Shown here: in pieces, positions 61,121-62,282 of the stretch | Position numbering within the stretch: position 1 is the stretch's first letter | How the letters are laid out: each line of letters opens with the position of its first letter | Origin: a virus | Taxonomy: Duplodnaviria > Caudoviricetes | IMG/VR virus record: IMGVR_UViG_3300006930_000010 | Span: 1 to 62,282 of that record | DNA length: 62,282 bases | Direction: 5' to 3' (one strand) | Translations under genes and position numbers: made by a program | The notes under the pieces: generated by a model | Database searches by the model: none | What the model saw: only the letters and a program-made list of their open reading frames with translations | What the model was told of the DNA's origin: nothing

Positions 61121-61378
61121 ATGGAGTTTTTTAGTTTAGATGAGTATTTGAGTTTTGTGGAATTAGATGGTGAAGTAAGTGATGAGTTAAGAAAGAAGTG
61201 GTTAGATAGAATAAATGGGAGGAAAGTGTATATAAATGTAGATGGTGATGTTGAGAATGTGATAGTAGTATTAGATGATAATGAGTATTATTGGGGAATA
61301 GAGAGTAAGAATGATGTAAGATTTGTTGAGATTGAGAAAGAGTTGATTGATGAGTGGAAAGAGAATGATTTAATATAA
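61121..61378 (+). CDS. acidic early protein (no A/P/T/Q/H)
   Basis: AGGAGG RBS; paralog of 59954-60199. Confidence 0.85.
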   Translation: MEFFSLDEYLSFVELDGEVSDELRKKWLDRINGRKVYINVDGDVENVIVVLDDNEYYWGIESKNDVRFVEIEKELIDEWKENDLI

Positions 61379-61404
61379 ATAATTAAATTTTTATTAAATA
61401 GTTG

Positions 61405-61433
61405 TTGTGTTTTAATAGGAATTGTAGTATAAT
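61405..61433 (+). promoter_or_regulatory. C-free promoter P5
   Basis: TTGTGT-17-TATAAT. Confidence 0.65.
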
Positions 61434-61463
61434 AAGTATATAGAAAGATATGAGGTGAAAGAA

Positions 61464-61646
61464 ATGAATGATGTGATTAGAAAGTTGTTTGAAGATGATT
61501 TGGAAGAAAGTGGTTTGAGTTTTGAAGAATATGTTGAAGAAGGAAATATGGATTTGAGTTTTATGAATATTGTGAGAGATGGAATTGATGAAGAAGTTGA
61601 AGATGAAGTTGTTGTGAAAGTTTGGAATGAGTTTAAGTTAAGATAA
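61464..61646 (+). CDS. small highly acidic protein
   Basis: GAGGTG RBS before ATG 61464; D/E-rich. Confidence 0.8.
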   Translation: MNDVIRKLFEDDLEESGLSFEEYVEEGNMDLSFMNIVRDGIDEEVEDEVVVKVWNEFKLR

Positions 61647-61669
61647 ATAGTTAAATATGAATTGATATG

Positions 61670-61717
61670 AATAAGAATTAATTAATAGTTAGAAATAATT
61701 ATTAATTAATTTTTATT
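61670..61717 (+). terminator. C-free hairpin terminator
   Basis: 22-bp stem with 2 G-U pairs, GAAA loop; near copy of 60997-61050. Confidence 0.7.
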
Positions 61718-61862
61718 TGTTGTTAGGAATAATTATTAATTAGGATGAGTTGGGTAGTTAGGAATAAGTTTTAATTAAGAATTGTTATTAGTTAGGAATT
61801 AAATGAATTTTAAATTGATTTAATTATTTGTTAGGAATGATTAGGAATTAAGAATGATTGTT

Positions 61863-62073
61863 ACTTTAGTAGTTTAAAGTGGTAAAGTGGAGTGGGTCAC
61901 TTTACTAGTTTAAAGTGATAAAGTTAACTAGGTTAACTTTAGTAGTTTAACGTGGTAAAGTGTTTGGGTCTATATTAGTATATTATGATATAAGGATTAC
62001 CCTATGGAACTTTACCACTTTAACGTGGCAAAGTGCGACTGGGTCCTACTTTACCAGTTTAACGTGCTAAAGT
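61863..62073. repeat. five copies of 26-bp quasi-palindrome (right boundary of island)
   Basis: starts 61863, 61899, 61936, 62009, 62048; idealised palindrome ACTTTACCACTTTAAAGTGGTAAAGT. Confidence 0.85.
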
Positions 62074-62129
62074 AGAAGCTCGGTCCTAGGGACGGCACTT
62101 CGTGCCCCTGAATAAATATAAATACACTG

Positions 62130-62158
62130 TTGACTTTCTCTTTAAGACGTAGTATAAT
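62130..62158 (+). promoter_or_regulatory. sigma-A promoter
   Basis: TTGACT-17-TATAAT. Confidence 0.75.
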
Positions 62159-62193
62159 AAGAGTATCAAATAAAGAAAGAGAGTGTGAGTCAA

Positions 62194-62282
62194 ATGAACA
62201 CATTGTTGATTAACAAAATTAAGAAGTTGTACAAAGAAAAAGTGAAAGTTCAAGAGTTCGTAGCATCGTTAGATGATGTAGA
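62194..62282 (+). CDS. partial ORF running off the window
   Basis: MNTLLINKIKKLYKEKVKVQEFVASLDDV after promoter. Confidence 0.55.
   Translation, partial: MNTLLINKIKKLYKEKVKVQEFVASLDDV

Larger units (their letters stand above)
59559..61863 (+). other. cytosine-free (+ strand) island
   Basis: only one C (60481) in 2305 nt by manual scan. Confidence 0.97.

Noticed and set aside
59559-61863. Bisulfite-type or other wholesale C-to-T artefact as the cause of the C-free island
   Set aside because: Conversion would turn CAA/CAG/CGA into stops, yet five ORFs are open; flanking repeats show C-to-G differences; hairpins are length-compensated; one His C is retained. Raw reads should still be checked.
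61863-62073. CRISPR array
   Set aside because: Repeats are degenerate with gaps of 10, 11, 47 and 13 nt, and there is no cas operon; the Cas4-like nuclease sits in a recombination module.
1-62282. tRNA genes, integrase/lysogeny module, terminal repeat
   Set aside because: None recognised by eye; window ends do not visibly overlap, so completeness and lifestyle are unproven.

Overview
Most of the genome of a tailed dsDNA phage, probably a siphovirus of an anaerobic spore-forming Firmicute. Host clues are sigma-A promoters, GGAGG RBSs, a SpoIIID-like gene, class III RNR and a GH25 lysin; no integrase was seen. Layout: + strand small early genes (0.4-6.8 kb); - strand primase-helicase and ligase (7.1-10.6 kb); + strand replication and nucleotide metabolism (11-29.2 kb); - strand lysis, tail, head and terminase (29.4-59 kb). 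The metabolic block carries a 7-deazaguanine cluster (queD, queE, folE, a DpdL-like QueD paralog, MazG-like, dNMP kinase, TGT/DpdA-like; no queC) next to a UDG-fused PolA. The standout feature is 59559-61863, a 2305-bp island with only one C on the + strand (60481), so its template strand is essentially G-free. It still holds five genes with RBSs, five sigma-A-type promoters with C-free -35 boxes, long A-U/G-U GNRA hairpins and G-quadruplex motifs, and it is bounded by a repeated 26-bp palindrome. It reads as a three-letter expression module. A link to guanine modification or to evading CTP/C-targeted defences is inference. All calls come from motifs read by eye; no database searches were run.
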